Positions 26,400 through 39,015 of a stretch of 64,000 nt of DNA are shown here, piece by piece (the first letter of the stretch is position 1; every line of letters begins with the position of its first letter). Source of the stretch: Octopus vulgaris (taxonomy: Eukaryota); contig OX597837.1 of assembly GCA_951406725.2 (NCBI GenBank), positions 14,880,001 through 14,944,000 of the forward strand, given 5' to 3'. Made by a program: the position numbers and the translations under genes. Under the pieces are notes generated by a model, which did no database searches, was not told the DNA's origin, and saw only the letters and a list, made by a program, of their open reading frames with translations.

Positions 26400-28080
26400 T
26401 TTTTCTTTACAATGAGTTGACTTTTCTTTTGTTGTTGTTGTTGTGAAATCAACCTCGCCTCTTTCTTACGCTTCTTTGCACCACCACCCCTGCGTCTTTC
26501 TACCTCTCCCCCTTCACCCCCCACCCCACCGGCCGGTCCTTCTTCTTTCCTTCTCGTTCTCCTCCTCTCGGAAGACGTGGGAGGGGTAGGGCTCTCTCTC
26601 AGCACGCACCCCTCTCTTCTCCTCCTCCTCCCTTTATATTCCCCCTCTCACAGCCACCCGGCTCTCACCTATCGAAATAGGTGAGAGTGGAGTGCCGGTT
26701 GGGTGGGGGGAAGGGGGGGCAGGATTGCGCCCCACCTATCGCTGTTTATTACCAGACCCGTCATCAGTCACACATGCTTAGACGTTGGCCCCGAACCAGT
26801 ATAAATTAATAGCAGAAGCCATGACAGCAACATTTTATCTATTTATTTATTATATATTTCCAACTGGATACCACCAGATCACCATAGTTACTGCTACTAC
26901 TACTACTACTACCACAACTACCGGCTTACTTCACGCTCATCCCCCCACCCTTCTCTTGTATAAAAGAGCAGTTACTACTACTACTACTGCTATCACTACT
27001 ACTACCACCTCACCACCCGGCTTACCTTGTACCCTTTCCTTTCTCTGGCATCAGGTGCTATTGCCGCGGTGACTACAAAACCATTGTTACTTTCCTACCA
27101 CCACCACCACCACCACCACTACTACCACCACTACTACTACTGCTACTACTACTACCGCCACCACTACTGCTGTCACACACCGACACTATTACAGCTGTTG
27201 CTCGTGTCATCGTTGGAAAAGTGCGCGCGCTCTCGCCGCCGGTTCTCGTCACTGCTACCACTGCTGTATTTACTACTACAACTACCACCACTAATACTAC
27301 CATCAGCATCCCCCCCCCCCACCTCTACTACTAATACTACCAAGACTACTACTACTGCTACTACTATTACTACTTCCACAGCAGCATTTTACTAGGATTT
27401 GCTTTCAGTTTCAAAATGACAGCATTGATAAATGTGAGGAAAGAGAAACCAGAGAATGAAAGAATAACCGATTGGAATAGCGACGGTGGAACGGAGCGGA
27501 ACGGAGGCGAAAGAGCAGAAAGAATTGAGATGAGGAAGTAGAGAGTAAGAGCGAGAGAATAGTGATTAGGGGATAGAAAGAATAAAAGAATAGAGAGAAT
27601 AGGGAAATAGTTACTAGAAAGGATACAAAATAAAAGCGGGAGAATAAAAGTGAGATAGAATAAAGGTGAGACAGAATGAAGAATAGAGGCGAGAGAAGAT
27701 TGAGATTAGAGAGAATAAACGAATAGAGCGAAAGAAATACAGATTTGACAGAATAGGGACAAAGGAATAAGGAATATCGAGAATAGAAGCGAAACGGAAT
27801 AACTTGATTCCTTTGGAGTTTGATTCTGACCGATTCTTCATCTTTTTGCATTCTTCCTCGACGCATTCTTGCCACAATGATTCCTGCTTTGTGGATGATG
27901 ACGAACCCGGCGATGGCGACGAGGAGGATGAGACAGAAGCGAGGAAGGAAATGATGCGGTGGGGAGAGATGTCGCAAAAGTTGTCTGCTGGGAGCAGACG
28001 ACAGAGGAATCGTTCACCCCACCCACCCTTTGTGCTCTTGGAGCTGGTCTTCGGTCTCTGCTGTTGGTGACGGTGTTGGT
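26400..28080 (+). promoter_or_regulatory. CpG-retaining promoter/5' UTR-like region
   Basis: SINE-free, GC- and CpG-rich relative to flanks; TATAAAT at 26800 and TATAAAAG at 26959; (CTA/CCA)n tracts then a GA-rich block. Strand is inferred. Confidence 0.45.
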
Positions 28081-28169
28081 GTTGCTTAGTCATAGGTTAG
28101 CTGCGATCGAGCAGGACTTTGAGATTAAAGGCGCTCTAGCTGTGACCGCCCTGACCTTATATATATAAG

Positions 28170-28394
28170 AAGGTGAGCTGGCAGAGTGGTTAGCGCGCCG
28201 GGCGAAATGCTTAGCGGTATTTCGTCTGTCGTTACGTTCTGAGTTCAAATTCCGTCGAGGTCGACTTAGCCTTTCATCTTTTCGGGGTCGATAAATAAAG
28301 TACCAGTTTAGCACTGGGGTCGATGTAATCGACTTAATCCCTTTGTCTGTCCTTGTTTGTCCCCTCTGCATGTAGCCCCTTGTGGGCAGTAAAG

Positions 28395-28398
<4 letters not shown>
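28170..28398 (+). mobile_element. SINE family A, young, nested in an older repeat (family D)
   Basis: Full family A body flanked by (TA)n. Flanks 28080-28158 and about 28435-28550 match, reverse-complemented, the two halves of the repeat at 62505-62692. Confidence 0.85.
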
Positions 28399-28437
<39 letters not shown>

Positions 28438-28628
28438 GGACTTTGCAATGTCTTTTTTTGTCTAGGGCGGCCGGGTGAAATTCGAGGGAAAGTTGGTTGA
28501 TATTTCTAGCAGGCCTTGCGACTATGTACAGGTTCCATGGTTGGCTCGTGTTGTTGATGATGATGATGCGGCGGCTTGTGTGCACATGTACCCTCCATTA
28601 ACTTCGCGCATTGACACATACCTGGATT

Positions 28629-28660
<32 letters not shown>

Positions 28661-29093
28661 GGGGAGAGAGAGAGAATGCGCGCGCGCATGTGTGTATGTA
28701 AGAGAGAGAGAGAGAAAGGAAGAGAAAGAGAGAGAGACTGTCTGCTGCTTGTATTATGTTTATCTACTAATAAATAAATTTTAGTAAAATCTTTCCCTTT
28801 ATCTAATATTTTTAATTAAAAAAAATAACAAAAGCAAAAATGTATTTTAATGTATCTGTTTGTAAAGAGAGTAAAATGAAGATTAGGGTTCGAATGGAGA
28901 AGCGTAAGTTGTGTGCGTGTAATATTATATTAATAAATTCTACTAAATGTGTTGGGTGCTTTATTTTCTTTCGTTTGCAAATGAATGCATTTTTATTATA
29001 AGTAGGAAAGCGCGCACACACCCCTATACATATATATATATATACATGTATGCATACATACGTGTATATATGTATGTTTGTGTGTATGTGTAT

Positions 29094-29153
<60 letters not shown>

Positions 29154-30453
29154 GAAATGAGGTACTCAGAAATTTGGATGGTTTTATATTTACAGATATT
29201 TGTATATTACATGTTTTTATACATCATATATCGTATGTCATTTATCATATATAAAGAGCGCTTTCATCCATTCTAGTGGAGTTGTCAAATTGAATATATA
29301 TATATTTCGTTTTTGGATTTTAGGACAATAAAAATAAGAAAAAAGTGGTAATTTTACCGGTGAGTGTGTTAAGGCACAAAAAGAAAATGACTCTCCCCAG
29401 ACACAACAGTATATGTATGTTTGTATGTATGTATATATGTATGTATGTATTTATGTATGTATTTATGTATGCATTATGTATGTATGTATGTATATTACAT
29501 ATATGGATATATATATTTACATGTATAAAACAAAAATGTGTGTGCACAATGGGAACTGTAAGACGGGGGAGAAAGCGGGGGAGAAGACAGACAGAAGAAG
29601 AGAAAGAAGAAAGTGAATGAGAGATGGTAAAGGAGGAACAAAAGAGATATAGGGGGGCGGAGAAAGAAAGGTAGAAGGAAAGAAGAAGAGCAACCAAAAG
29701 GTATAAAGAGAACGAGAGAGAGAGAGAAAGTGGATTGAAGTTTCTTGTAGTAATGCAATCACATGGGAATTAGACGTAAGCCGTTTAACGCTCATTCATA
29801 CATTAAGTTTCTCAATCTCTCTTCACCTTCGGAGCTGCAATTTCTTCCTCGCCCCCCACCCGACCCAGCCTCTGCATAATATTGCATTTTTGGTTCAGCG
29901 TTAAAGGATTTCGCTCGGAAGCTTTGATGTCTTCATGTATTTCTTTGGCTAAACACTAATTGATAATATTTCTCGTTGGGAAGATACGAGTGCATGAAAG
30001 GCGACGGAAGACATATCCTTGTTTATATACAACTTTATTTCAAACTGGCCCACTAGGTTCCCCTGCCAGAAGAGGCAGTCTAGCCATTCTTACTTAGTAA
30101 CTGTTCGCACTCCCGTCTAAGCTAGGCTGTGTGGCTGCTGTCAACGGTACTGCTACAGGTGCTTTGTACTAATACTGCTACCCTCGCTACTATCTCCACA
30201 ACGGCTCCCACCCTTACCATTTCTACTGCTGCTGATTCAACCAACACCACTGCCACCATTGCCACTACTGGTACTGGCTACTTATACTCCAGGTCCCGAC
30301 ACTCCGTCCTTAACGAACCGTACCCAGCAGCACCTCGGCGAAAACTTTTCTCATCAAAAAAACAAATTCCTTTCGAGTAATTTAACTCGCTGAATCTTCC
30401 ACGATTTCCATAACCTCAACCATTCAACTTGGTGTCCTTGGAAATATCACATC

Positions 30454-30765
30454 ATGTCTGGGACTCCGTCCAAGAATGGCACTTCGGAACCTATGTTCTT
30501 TATGCCGACATCCAGTCCTGTGAAGCCCCGTGTTAAAACTTCCATGTTTAACGTTGTTGACGATTGTGATGAGAACAAATCGCTCCAATTCGGAGACAAT
30601 TCCCGGCGTAAAAGACAAGTTCCCGTGGAAAAGAAAACGCCAGATAGCCCTGCCAACGGCTCCACTGTGACATCACCCTTTTCGATGCACGAAGAAATTC
30701 AAGAGGACATTCCTGTCCAGGAAATAAGCACGACCACGGCTCAGCCTATAATTTTTTCAGATGGG
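30454..30765 (+). CDS. Probable first coding exon (104 codons, phase 0) of an unidentified gene; S/T/P-rich, likely disordered N-terminus
   Basis: In-frame stop at 30391; ATG with A at -3; non-repetitive protein-like ORF MSGTPSKNG...QPIIFSDG; donor GG|GTGAGA at 30766 followed by a shift to T-rich intron-like sequence. Confidence 0.7.
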
Positions 30766-30881
30766 GTGAGAACCTTCAATTTCATGCTTCTCTTTTTCCT
30801 TACTTTTCTTTTTCTTATTCTTTCAAACATTATGTCTTCTGTTAACTTTCTCTTGATGTTGTTTCTTCAAAAATATCCTTA

Positions 30882-30932
<51 letters not shown>

Positions 30933-31495
30933 GTATTTATGTATGTATGTATGTATGTATATATGAACGTCTTGGGTTTTTCTTACATTAAAATTATAGA
31001 TTATTTTTAACTCTATATTCGCTACATGGATAATATATGTGTGGGTGACTGTTCTTATTTCTGCCCATGTTTTACTGTCTCCATGTGTTCATTCCGTCGC
31101 AAAGTTTGCATCATGAATTATGCATGCATGTAGTATTCAGAACTAGTGCAGTATACATGCCTGTTTGTATGTGAGTGTGTACGTGAGTGCCTGTATGTGT
31201 GTGTCTGCATTTTAATTATTAGGTTCAGCTTTGAATTTAAAAATAACGAGCTCTTTTTACAAAACCGAACGTTTATTTACCTAGTTAGCCAGACATGTGT
31301 TCTATAACTACTACTACACAGGTTCAGAGACTGTTCAGCCCCACCATCGAAATATAAGGGGGCAGAGGTGCTTGTTGTATGAAAGCCTAACTTTGAATAT
31401 TCTGACTGGTTCTGTTTCTTAAAATTCTGTTAACATGACGTACGTGTTTACACCTCACGTATAATCGTTTACACGCATGCACATACACTGATGCA

Positions 31496-31499
<4 letters not shown>

Positions 31500-31530
<31 letters not shown>

Positions 31531-31596
31531 CCTCTCCAACACATCATACTACAACAGTTCACACATGTGCCTTTCTAACACAGCATGCAACACCAG

Positions 31597-31648
<52 letters not shown>

Positions 31649-32046
31649 CCTTACCACTACACCACACAGTACCTCTCTGACCCATTACATCCGTACCATT
31701 TTTGACACACCACATGTACATACCACATAGTACCAGTTTACAAAATGTGGTGTCTCTGACACCACACAGTACTCATGTGCATTTGTACTACTCCAATACA
31801 CCTCATGGTACCAGTGTTGTACATGTACCTTTCTGTACCTTTCTGATGCACCATTCAACAGTCCCAGTATACGAATATATATATATATGTGCGAAACCAT
31901 TGGTCAGTCTGTGACTGGACATAAACTTAACTACTTATAAATACATTACTGCTCTCTCTCTCTCTCTACATCTATCTATCTACACATATATATGTATGTG
32001 TGTATGTGTATATGTGTATATATGTATGTGTATATATGTATATGTG

Positions 32047-32085
<39 letters not shown>

Positions 32086-32520
32086 CCAAACTGTTTAATT
32101 TGGATTCCATGCTACTTCAAGTGTCGAACCACTCAACACCAGGGTACAAATGTGTTTCTCCAACAAACACACACCATTGTCGTACACATGCACCTCTCCA
32201 ACACACCCACACAACACCAATGTACACATATATATATCTCTCCAACATGCCTCACAGTATCACTGAATTCTTGTATCACTTCAACACACCACGAAAGCGC
32301 CGGTGTACACACATTCCTCGTCTACACACCACCCAATATTTCTGTACTCCTGCACCTCTCTAACACACCTTGTCGCACCCGTGTACAAAGGTACCTCTGC
32401 CACACCTCATCACGCCATCATGTACAAAATATACCTCTCCAACATACCTCAAAGCACCATCTTACACATATCCCTTCTACATATTTCCAAGCTCACACAC
32501 AGCATGACAAACATATCCAA
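31500..32520. repeat. Degenerate CA-rich minisatellite (ACCTCTCCAACAC...GTACAC units)
   Basis: Recurrent CCTCTCCAACAC and CAGTGTACAC motifs. Confidence 0.6.
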
Positions 32521-32984
32521 ATGAGTCTCTCTCTTCCTTTCATCCTTGCTGGCGTGGTGATGACGCTGATGATGATGATGTCATGGTAGACTTTCACATC
32601 ACGTGTTGGATGCTGGACAGAGGTTGTCGGCAAAAGAAAAACTACTAACTCTGTGGTCGACAGAATTTAAAAGCATGTTTTATAGACGCAGCATCCGTGA
32701 ACCCGTGGCAGAAAAACATTTAGCGGGAAGTGAGAGGAGAATGTTTGGGGAGACTGTTTATTTAAAGGGCTAGATTGAAAAATTAGATTGTGAATAGATG
32801 TGTGCATTAAGGGATAGACTCGGTTGGGAGGGGACAGAGAGAGGGGTAGGTAATACATCTTTGTATCAGTGGTTTTGGGGTAAACTAGGTGGAATTGAGG
32901 TAGATAGTACAATCATGCAACCATGGGTAAACTTGGTAGAACTGGGTTGGTGGTGGGGTAGAAAATGCAACCATGGAGTAGAAC

Positions 32985-33447
32985 ATGGATAATACAGCTA
33001 CATATACCGGGGGTAGACAATGTAGCATGTACTATGGGATAGATAATATTACTACATGTATTAGGGGTACATAATATAGCTACATGAACTGGGGTTAGAC
33101 AGTCTAGCTACATGTACTAAGGGGGTCAATAATACAGCTACATGCACTGGGGATAGCTAATACCGCTACTTGTGCTCAAAGGTAGATAAAGCATGTACTA
33201 GGGAATAGATAATACTGCTACATGTAACAAGGGATAGAAAATACACCTCCATGTACTAGGGGGTAGATAATGTAGCTACATGTACTAAGACGTAGATAAT
33301 ACAGCGACCTGTTCTAGGGGTACATAACATACCTGCATGTACTAGGGGTAGACTATACCACTTCATGTACTAGGGGGTAGATAATACTGCTGCAGATACT
33401 AGGGTAGCTGATAAAACAGCTACATGTTCTACAGGGTAGATAATGTA
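32985..33447. repeat. 28-29-bp minisatellite, about 16 diverged copies (GGGGTAGATAATACAGCTACATGTACTA)
   Basis: CATGTACTA-like motif at 33250, 33279, 33308, 33336 and 33364. Confidence 0.9.
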
Positions 33448-35205
33448 ATGTTTTAGTTGATAGATGCCCTAACCCTAACTCAACTATATCAAACTAGTGG
33501 TTAAGGGGTTGGTTAAAATTAATTGACAGGATTAGTGGGTAGGTATTCTTCCTTATTGCCCCCCACCCTCCCCATTCATTCTCAGAAAGTGGGGAAATAA
33601 TCACAACATTATCCGGCCCTTCTGTAGGGCTAGGAATAACTAAAATTGCAGGGGGTAAGTAATTTAGCTTGAAACTATTGCAGGGTAAGTTGGATGTTTT
33701 TGAAAGGAAAACCCGAGACAAGGAGAGGAATCGGGAGGGAAGTCGTTGGAAAGAGGGAGAACTGAGTAAGGAAAAAAAATTAGGGGTTACAGCTTGGAGC
33801 CTTGATGGGAAGATAAAGTTGATGTATCTACAGGAGGTTGATTTGAGTGTGTTTATGTTGGATCAGTAAAGAGTGAGCAAGTCCTGTCTGAGTTGCAAAG
33901 ACCATTAAAGGAGAAGGGTACAGCTCTGTGGTGAGATAAATGTTGAAGAATGCAGGAAGTTTTGATTATTAGGGGTTGTTATTGAGGTCACTACATTCTA
34001 GGAGGTTATATGTTGTAGAATTCCGAAGATTTGGCAGGATGGGTTTGCTATGGTATCTTGGGATACATCATGTAATTTGTCCCTCCTGCATTTAAAATAG
34101 TGAGGTGTGATTGATTTAAGAAAGATTTGGCTGCTATTTCTAATTGGTTGAGCAACCATGCAACAGAAGTTGTTGTTGGTGGGGTTTAAACAATAACAAC
34201 CCCATATCAGCTTCGATTGACCTTGCCATATGATCAGAGGTATTCCAGTCAAGACTATTTAGTGTCTTTATCTAAGAGTACAGAGATCCATGTGTCCTGC
34301 CTTTATATAAGACGAGAGAGAGTCATTCATTCAGTTAGCCCTAAATTAGAATACACAGTAGCTGACACAGGAGTTGACTGAAGGGCCAATTGAATGGAAC
34401 CATGGCTCAGGTATGTAATCTCCATGTTTACTTCACAGAGGTTAACGCATCTACATGTGTGTCACCGACCCTTACTTGTTTCCAAAAAAAGCAGCGTTTC
34501 CTCACAACTAGACTTGCTTTTATGACAGATTGGCAACAGACACTGCTTGTAAGACAGTGACACTCTTTTACAACTATCACATGATGTCAAAACAAGAACC
34601 TTCAGTCCACTCTGAAGGTTTTGATCGGCCCAAGGTACTGCACTGTGGGATTGAACCTGAAAATACTTGGTTGGGAAGTAGACTTCTTCACCCCTCAGCT
34701 ATGCATTCTACATCATGTGGGAAAGGTTATTTTCTTTGGTGTCTGGAGACTCATTCGTAGATAAGGTACCAATCCTAATAAAGCTAATTGTGAAAATATC
34801 TTCCTCACAAACCCACAGATAAACATACACACACACACATCTACAGATATCTACACACATTTGCATACAAAATACAAACACATGTCCCTACAAATACACA
34901 CACATACACACACACACATAAATATATTAATGCTGATATTCAGTTCCAACTTGGCCCTGAGTGAGCAAGCACTATGATCAGAAGCAATCCAATCATGACC
35001 ATCCCATCTTACTGTATGCAAAAGACTACATTGTTTAATGTGTCCTTTCTATTTTTATATGATGGTAGGATATGATTTGCTGGAGATTGTGCTGTTGTTT
35101 CTAGCTGGTCAAGTGAAGGCATAAGAGGCCCTTCAGCTGGTTTATTGAATAGGTTGTATTTATTGTGTGCAGGTTTCATGGTTATTTTATTGAAATCAAT
35201 CTCAG

Positions 35206-35412
35206 TACCTATTTCTTTATTGCCAACAAGGGGCTAAACATAGAGGGGACAAACAAGGACAGACAAACGGATTAAGTTGATTACATCATCCCCAGTGCGT
35301 AACTGGTACTTATTTAATCGACTCCGAAAGGATGTAAGGCAAAGTCGACCTCGGCGGAATTTGAACTCAGAACGTAACGGCAGGCGAAATACGGCTAAGC
35401 ATTTTGCCCACA
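35206..35412 (-). mobile_element. SINE family A, slightly 5'-truncated
   Basis: Near-identical to 15421-15653. Confidence 0.9.
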
Positions 35413-35440
35413 TCAGCACGGTGTTACAAACACATCCATG

Positions 35441-35758
35441 CAGTGGCAGACTCGGTCTAAAAATATTGGTTGTTCAGGGAACTAAGGGGGTCCACCCACA
35501 ACCACGAGGGGGCCCACCGGCAACTACAGTGCTATCATTTAATTTTCGTTTTTTTGTTAAAAGTCTTCTTTTCACCTGTCTACAAACACAGCCAGGCTGA
35601 AATCATTAATGCATTCTTCCAAGAGTGAATTAAAAAAGTTCTCAATCTTGAGGCGACAGGCCCCTTAGATACTAACATGGACCCCCATATATGGATTCTA
35701 ATGGCACAGGGGCCCACTTGGCATCGGGCAAGCTGGCAACCTGGCCAGTCCACCACTG
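35441..35758. mobile_element. hAT-type MITE (318 bp) with perfect 8-bp TSD
   Basis: Termini CAGTGGCAGACT / AGTCCACCACTG; TSD CATCCATG at 35433-35440 and 35759-35766; GGGCCC-like subterminal motifs. Confidence 0.85.
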
Positions 35759-36006
35759 CATCCATGCATAAAGTTCTACTAACACATACACACACGGTAC
35801 TAACACATACATACATATATTACCACTAGCATATACACAGTACCACTAAGAGATGCATTTGCAATACCACTAACACATATACATCCATAATACTACTAAC
35901 ACACACAGGACCATCAAACATGTACTTACACAGTGAAGCTTACATACACTCATACATTCAGTGTACCACTAATACGTACATATACACACATGGCACCAAT
36001 GATACA

Positions 36007-36035
<29 letters not shown>

Positions 36036-36037
<2 letters not shown>

Positions 36038-36425
36038 TTCTTTATTGCCCACAAGGTGCTAAATTTAGAGGGGACAAACAAGGACAGACAGATGGATTAA
36101 GTCGATTACATCGACCCCAGTGCATAACTGGTACGTTATTTATTGACCCCGAAAGAATGAAAGGCACAGTATATACACATGCTGGTGCCAAAGAAAAAGC
36201 ACCGGTGCTGGTATCGTGTGAAGATTACTGGTGTTGGCACCACATGAAAGGCAGCCAGTCCACTCTGTAAAGTGGTTGATATTAGGAATGGCATCCAGCC
36301 ATAGAAACCTTGCGAAAACACAGCGGAGACTGGTGTAGTCCCTGGCCTTTCCAGCTCCTGGCAAAACTGTCCAACCCATGCCAGCATGGAAAACGGATGT
36401 TAAATGATGATAAAGATAATGATGT
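36036..36425. mobile_element. Partial family A SINE (36036-36166, -) next to a family C tail (36170-36425, +)
   Basis: Match to other copies in the window. Confidence 0.75.
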
Positions 36426-37216
36426 CATTATATTTGTCATCATTTGACACACACACAGAGCCACTAACGAGTATAACTCGACCACTGAAAGTCTGAATGT
36501 GGAAGCAGCAATCAATGGGAAAATCATTTGACAGTTGAAAATCAATAGAAATCAAGTCTTTAAGTTATTTCGATTCTTTCTTTTGTGCCACAGCTGTTGT
36601 TGTGTAAAAATGCTGCTAGACAATTACGGTGAAACAATTATTTAAAGTTTTGTGTTGTAGTATTTCACAAACGCTTCGCCCTCGTTTAAGGAAATTTCTT
36701 CCTTCAAGAAAAAAAAAACAACAATACAGAAAATATTTTAAAATGTGAACTTGCACTGATTAACCCTTCCAATACTAACCTGTCTGTGCCTTCCCCCTCA
36801 TTCTTTATACAAACTTCCTGTTTTGAAATTATCTAAATTTCAAATTCCCATCAAAATTCCATTTGCTCCAAGCACCAACTTAAGAATGACAAAACTATTT
36901 TCCTAAATTCTTAATAATTTGTTGAAACAAAGTTAAAACAAAGGCAGTGAATTTCAACAGGAATCTTCTAACAAAAGGGTCAAAGTGATCTGAATTGAAA
37001 GCTTTTATCAAAATCTGTTAATTTATATTTCAAATGCCAGTTTAATAATGACAAAGATATTTTACTAAATTTTTCATTATTTTTGGAATTCTTTGAAACA
37101 GAGGGAAAATATTTCAAAAGAAATATCCTAGTCTTGTGATTTAGCTGCCATATCTTTCCATTGTGTTTGTTCTAACCCTTTCAAAATCAGTCTCCCTGAG
37201 AACACCCCTGTTCAGC

Positions 37217-37500
37217 ATCATCATGTAACGTCCACTTTCCATGCTAGCATGGTTTGGACGATTTGACTGAGGTCTGGCAAACCAGACTCCAATCTGATCT
37301 GGCAGAGTTTCTACAGCTGGATGCCCTTCCTAACGCCAACCACTCCGAGAGTGTAGTGGGTGCTTTTACTTGCCACCGGCACGAGAGCCAGTTTGGTGGT
37401 ACTGGCAACGGCCATGCCCAAATGGTACTTTTTACGTGCCGCCTGCACAGGAGCCAGTCTAGCGGCACTGGCGACGATCTCGCTCAAATGTTTCACATGC
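37217..37500 (-). mobile_element. RTE tail (family C)
   Basis: CATCATCAT, CCATGCTAGCATGG, TTTCTACAGCTGGATGCCCTTCCTAA. Confidence 0.8.
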
Positions 37501-38059
37501 CACTTCCAGTCAAGAATTGGGGAACAATGATATTAACAAACTCCCTTGAAACTTGTTGGCCTTGTGCCTTAATTAGAAACGGATATTGTTGGGACCCAGC
37601 TCATCCCTGAAGAATAGGTCTATATTCAAATGCATTCTAACAATGACCCCTTTGTCTTTTTCTCTGGTATGTGTGTGTGGGGGGAGGTATGTTGATAAAA
37701 TAAAGTACCTGTCCTTCAAAGGGGTGGATTGGTAGAATTGTTGCATCATCAGACAAAATGCCTTGTATTTATTCTGGTCCTTTGTATTCTGAGTTAAAGT
37801 TCCACCGAGGTCAACTTTACCATTTGTAATTTTGAAGTTCATCATCATCATTTAATGACCCCTTCACCAGGTTTGCATGGCTCAGATGGAATCGGTTGAG
37901 GCAGCCTCAACTCTTGTCTGAAAGCGAGACATGTCTTTTTTTATGCAAAACTAGGAATCAACAACCTTACTTTGTGTGATGGGATTACCCTTTTACAACC
38001 ACCACATGATCCCTAGACAAGGGTTCACATACATGAAGGCTGACCAAAGTCTTGGGAGT

Positions 38060-38248
38060 GCATAGAAACTTCCTCTGATTATTGCGGGTGTTATGTTCCA
38101 ACCCTCCACCCCGCAGGAGGTGAAAATCCGCAAAGTAGAAACAGTACTGTACTGTATATTTTTTAAAATTTGTATATATTTTATTATAAATGCAAAACAA
38201 CACCACAGACAAATCCATGGAAGCTTAAATATGGTGAGGGATTACTCT
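38060..38248. mobile_element. Tigger-like MITE fragment
   Basis: Ends ATATGGTGAGGGATTACT, close to the reverse complement of the 2299 terminus; internal sequence is shared. Confidence 0.5.
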
Positions 38249-38699
38249 GTGTGTGTGTGTATATGTATTTATTCTTTTATTTGATTGTCATTTGACTGCA
38301 GCCATGCTGGAGCACTGCCTTAAAGGGTTTTAGTTGAAGAAATTGACCTCAGGGCTCACTGGATATGGATATTAGTGACCTCTTCATCATCATTAGCTTA
38401 ATTATTTTGTTGTTGTTTTTTAAACCCTGGTTCATATTTGATCCAGTAAACTTTTCATCAAAGATGTTCCATCCAACCATAATCGTCCTGTATTTTATTC
38501 ACACATAACCTATCTAGGATTAAACTGTCCAGCGTACCTTTCTGTTATTTTTGCTGTTGAATTTTTCATTATGCTCTCTTTAGATTCATTCTGCATGTTT
38601 AGTTAATCTGTTTGTAAAGAATATTCAAATAAATTATTTTTCTCTGGGCTTTAATAATTTAGAACCTGAGACATGCATATTTACTACAACTGATTATTA

Positions 38700-39015
38700 T
38701 ACACAGCTGTTAGGAAGGTGTTAGGACAGATACCACACACAACTGTTAGGACAAGGTACCACACACAGCTGTTAGGACAAGATACCACACACAGCTGCTA
38801 GGACAAGATACCACACACAGCTGCTAGGACAAGATACCACACACAGCTGCTAGGACAAGATACCACACACAGCTGCTAGGACAAGATACCACACACAGCT
38901 GTTAGGACAGATACCACACAGCTGTTAGGACAAGATACCACACACAGCTGTTAGGACAAGATACCACACACAGCTGTTAGGAGAGACACCACACACAGCT
39001 GTTAGTGCAGATATC
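38700..39015. repeat. 26-bp minisatellite, about 11-12 copies (ACACACAGCTGYTAGGACAAGATACC)
   Basis: Units start at 38761, 38787 and onward; central copies are near-identical. Confidence 0.95.

Noticed and set aside
27614-28093. 159-aa minus-strand ORF
   Set aside because: Its ATG lies in a family D repeat and its second half is translated low-complexity pyrimidine sequence.
28170-28260. tRNA-like A/B boxes
   Set aside because: These are SINE heads continuing into SINE bodies; no standalone cloverleaf was found.
30745-30765. IIFSDG resembling the anoctamin N-terminal F.DG motif
   Set aside because: Too short to be diagnostic, and no following exon supports it.
38700-39015. CRISPR-like regular repeats (also 32985-33447)
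   Set aside because: Units are contiguous with no unique spacers, no cas genes are present, and the context is eukaryotic.
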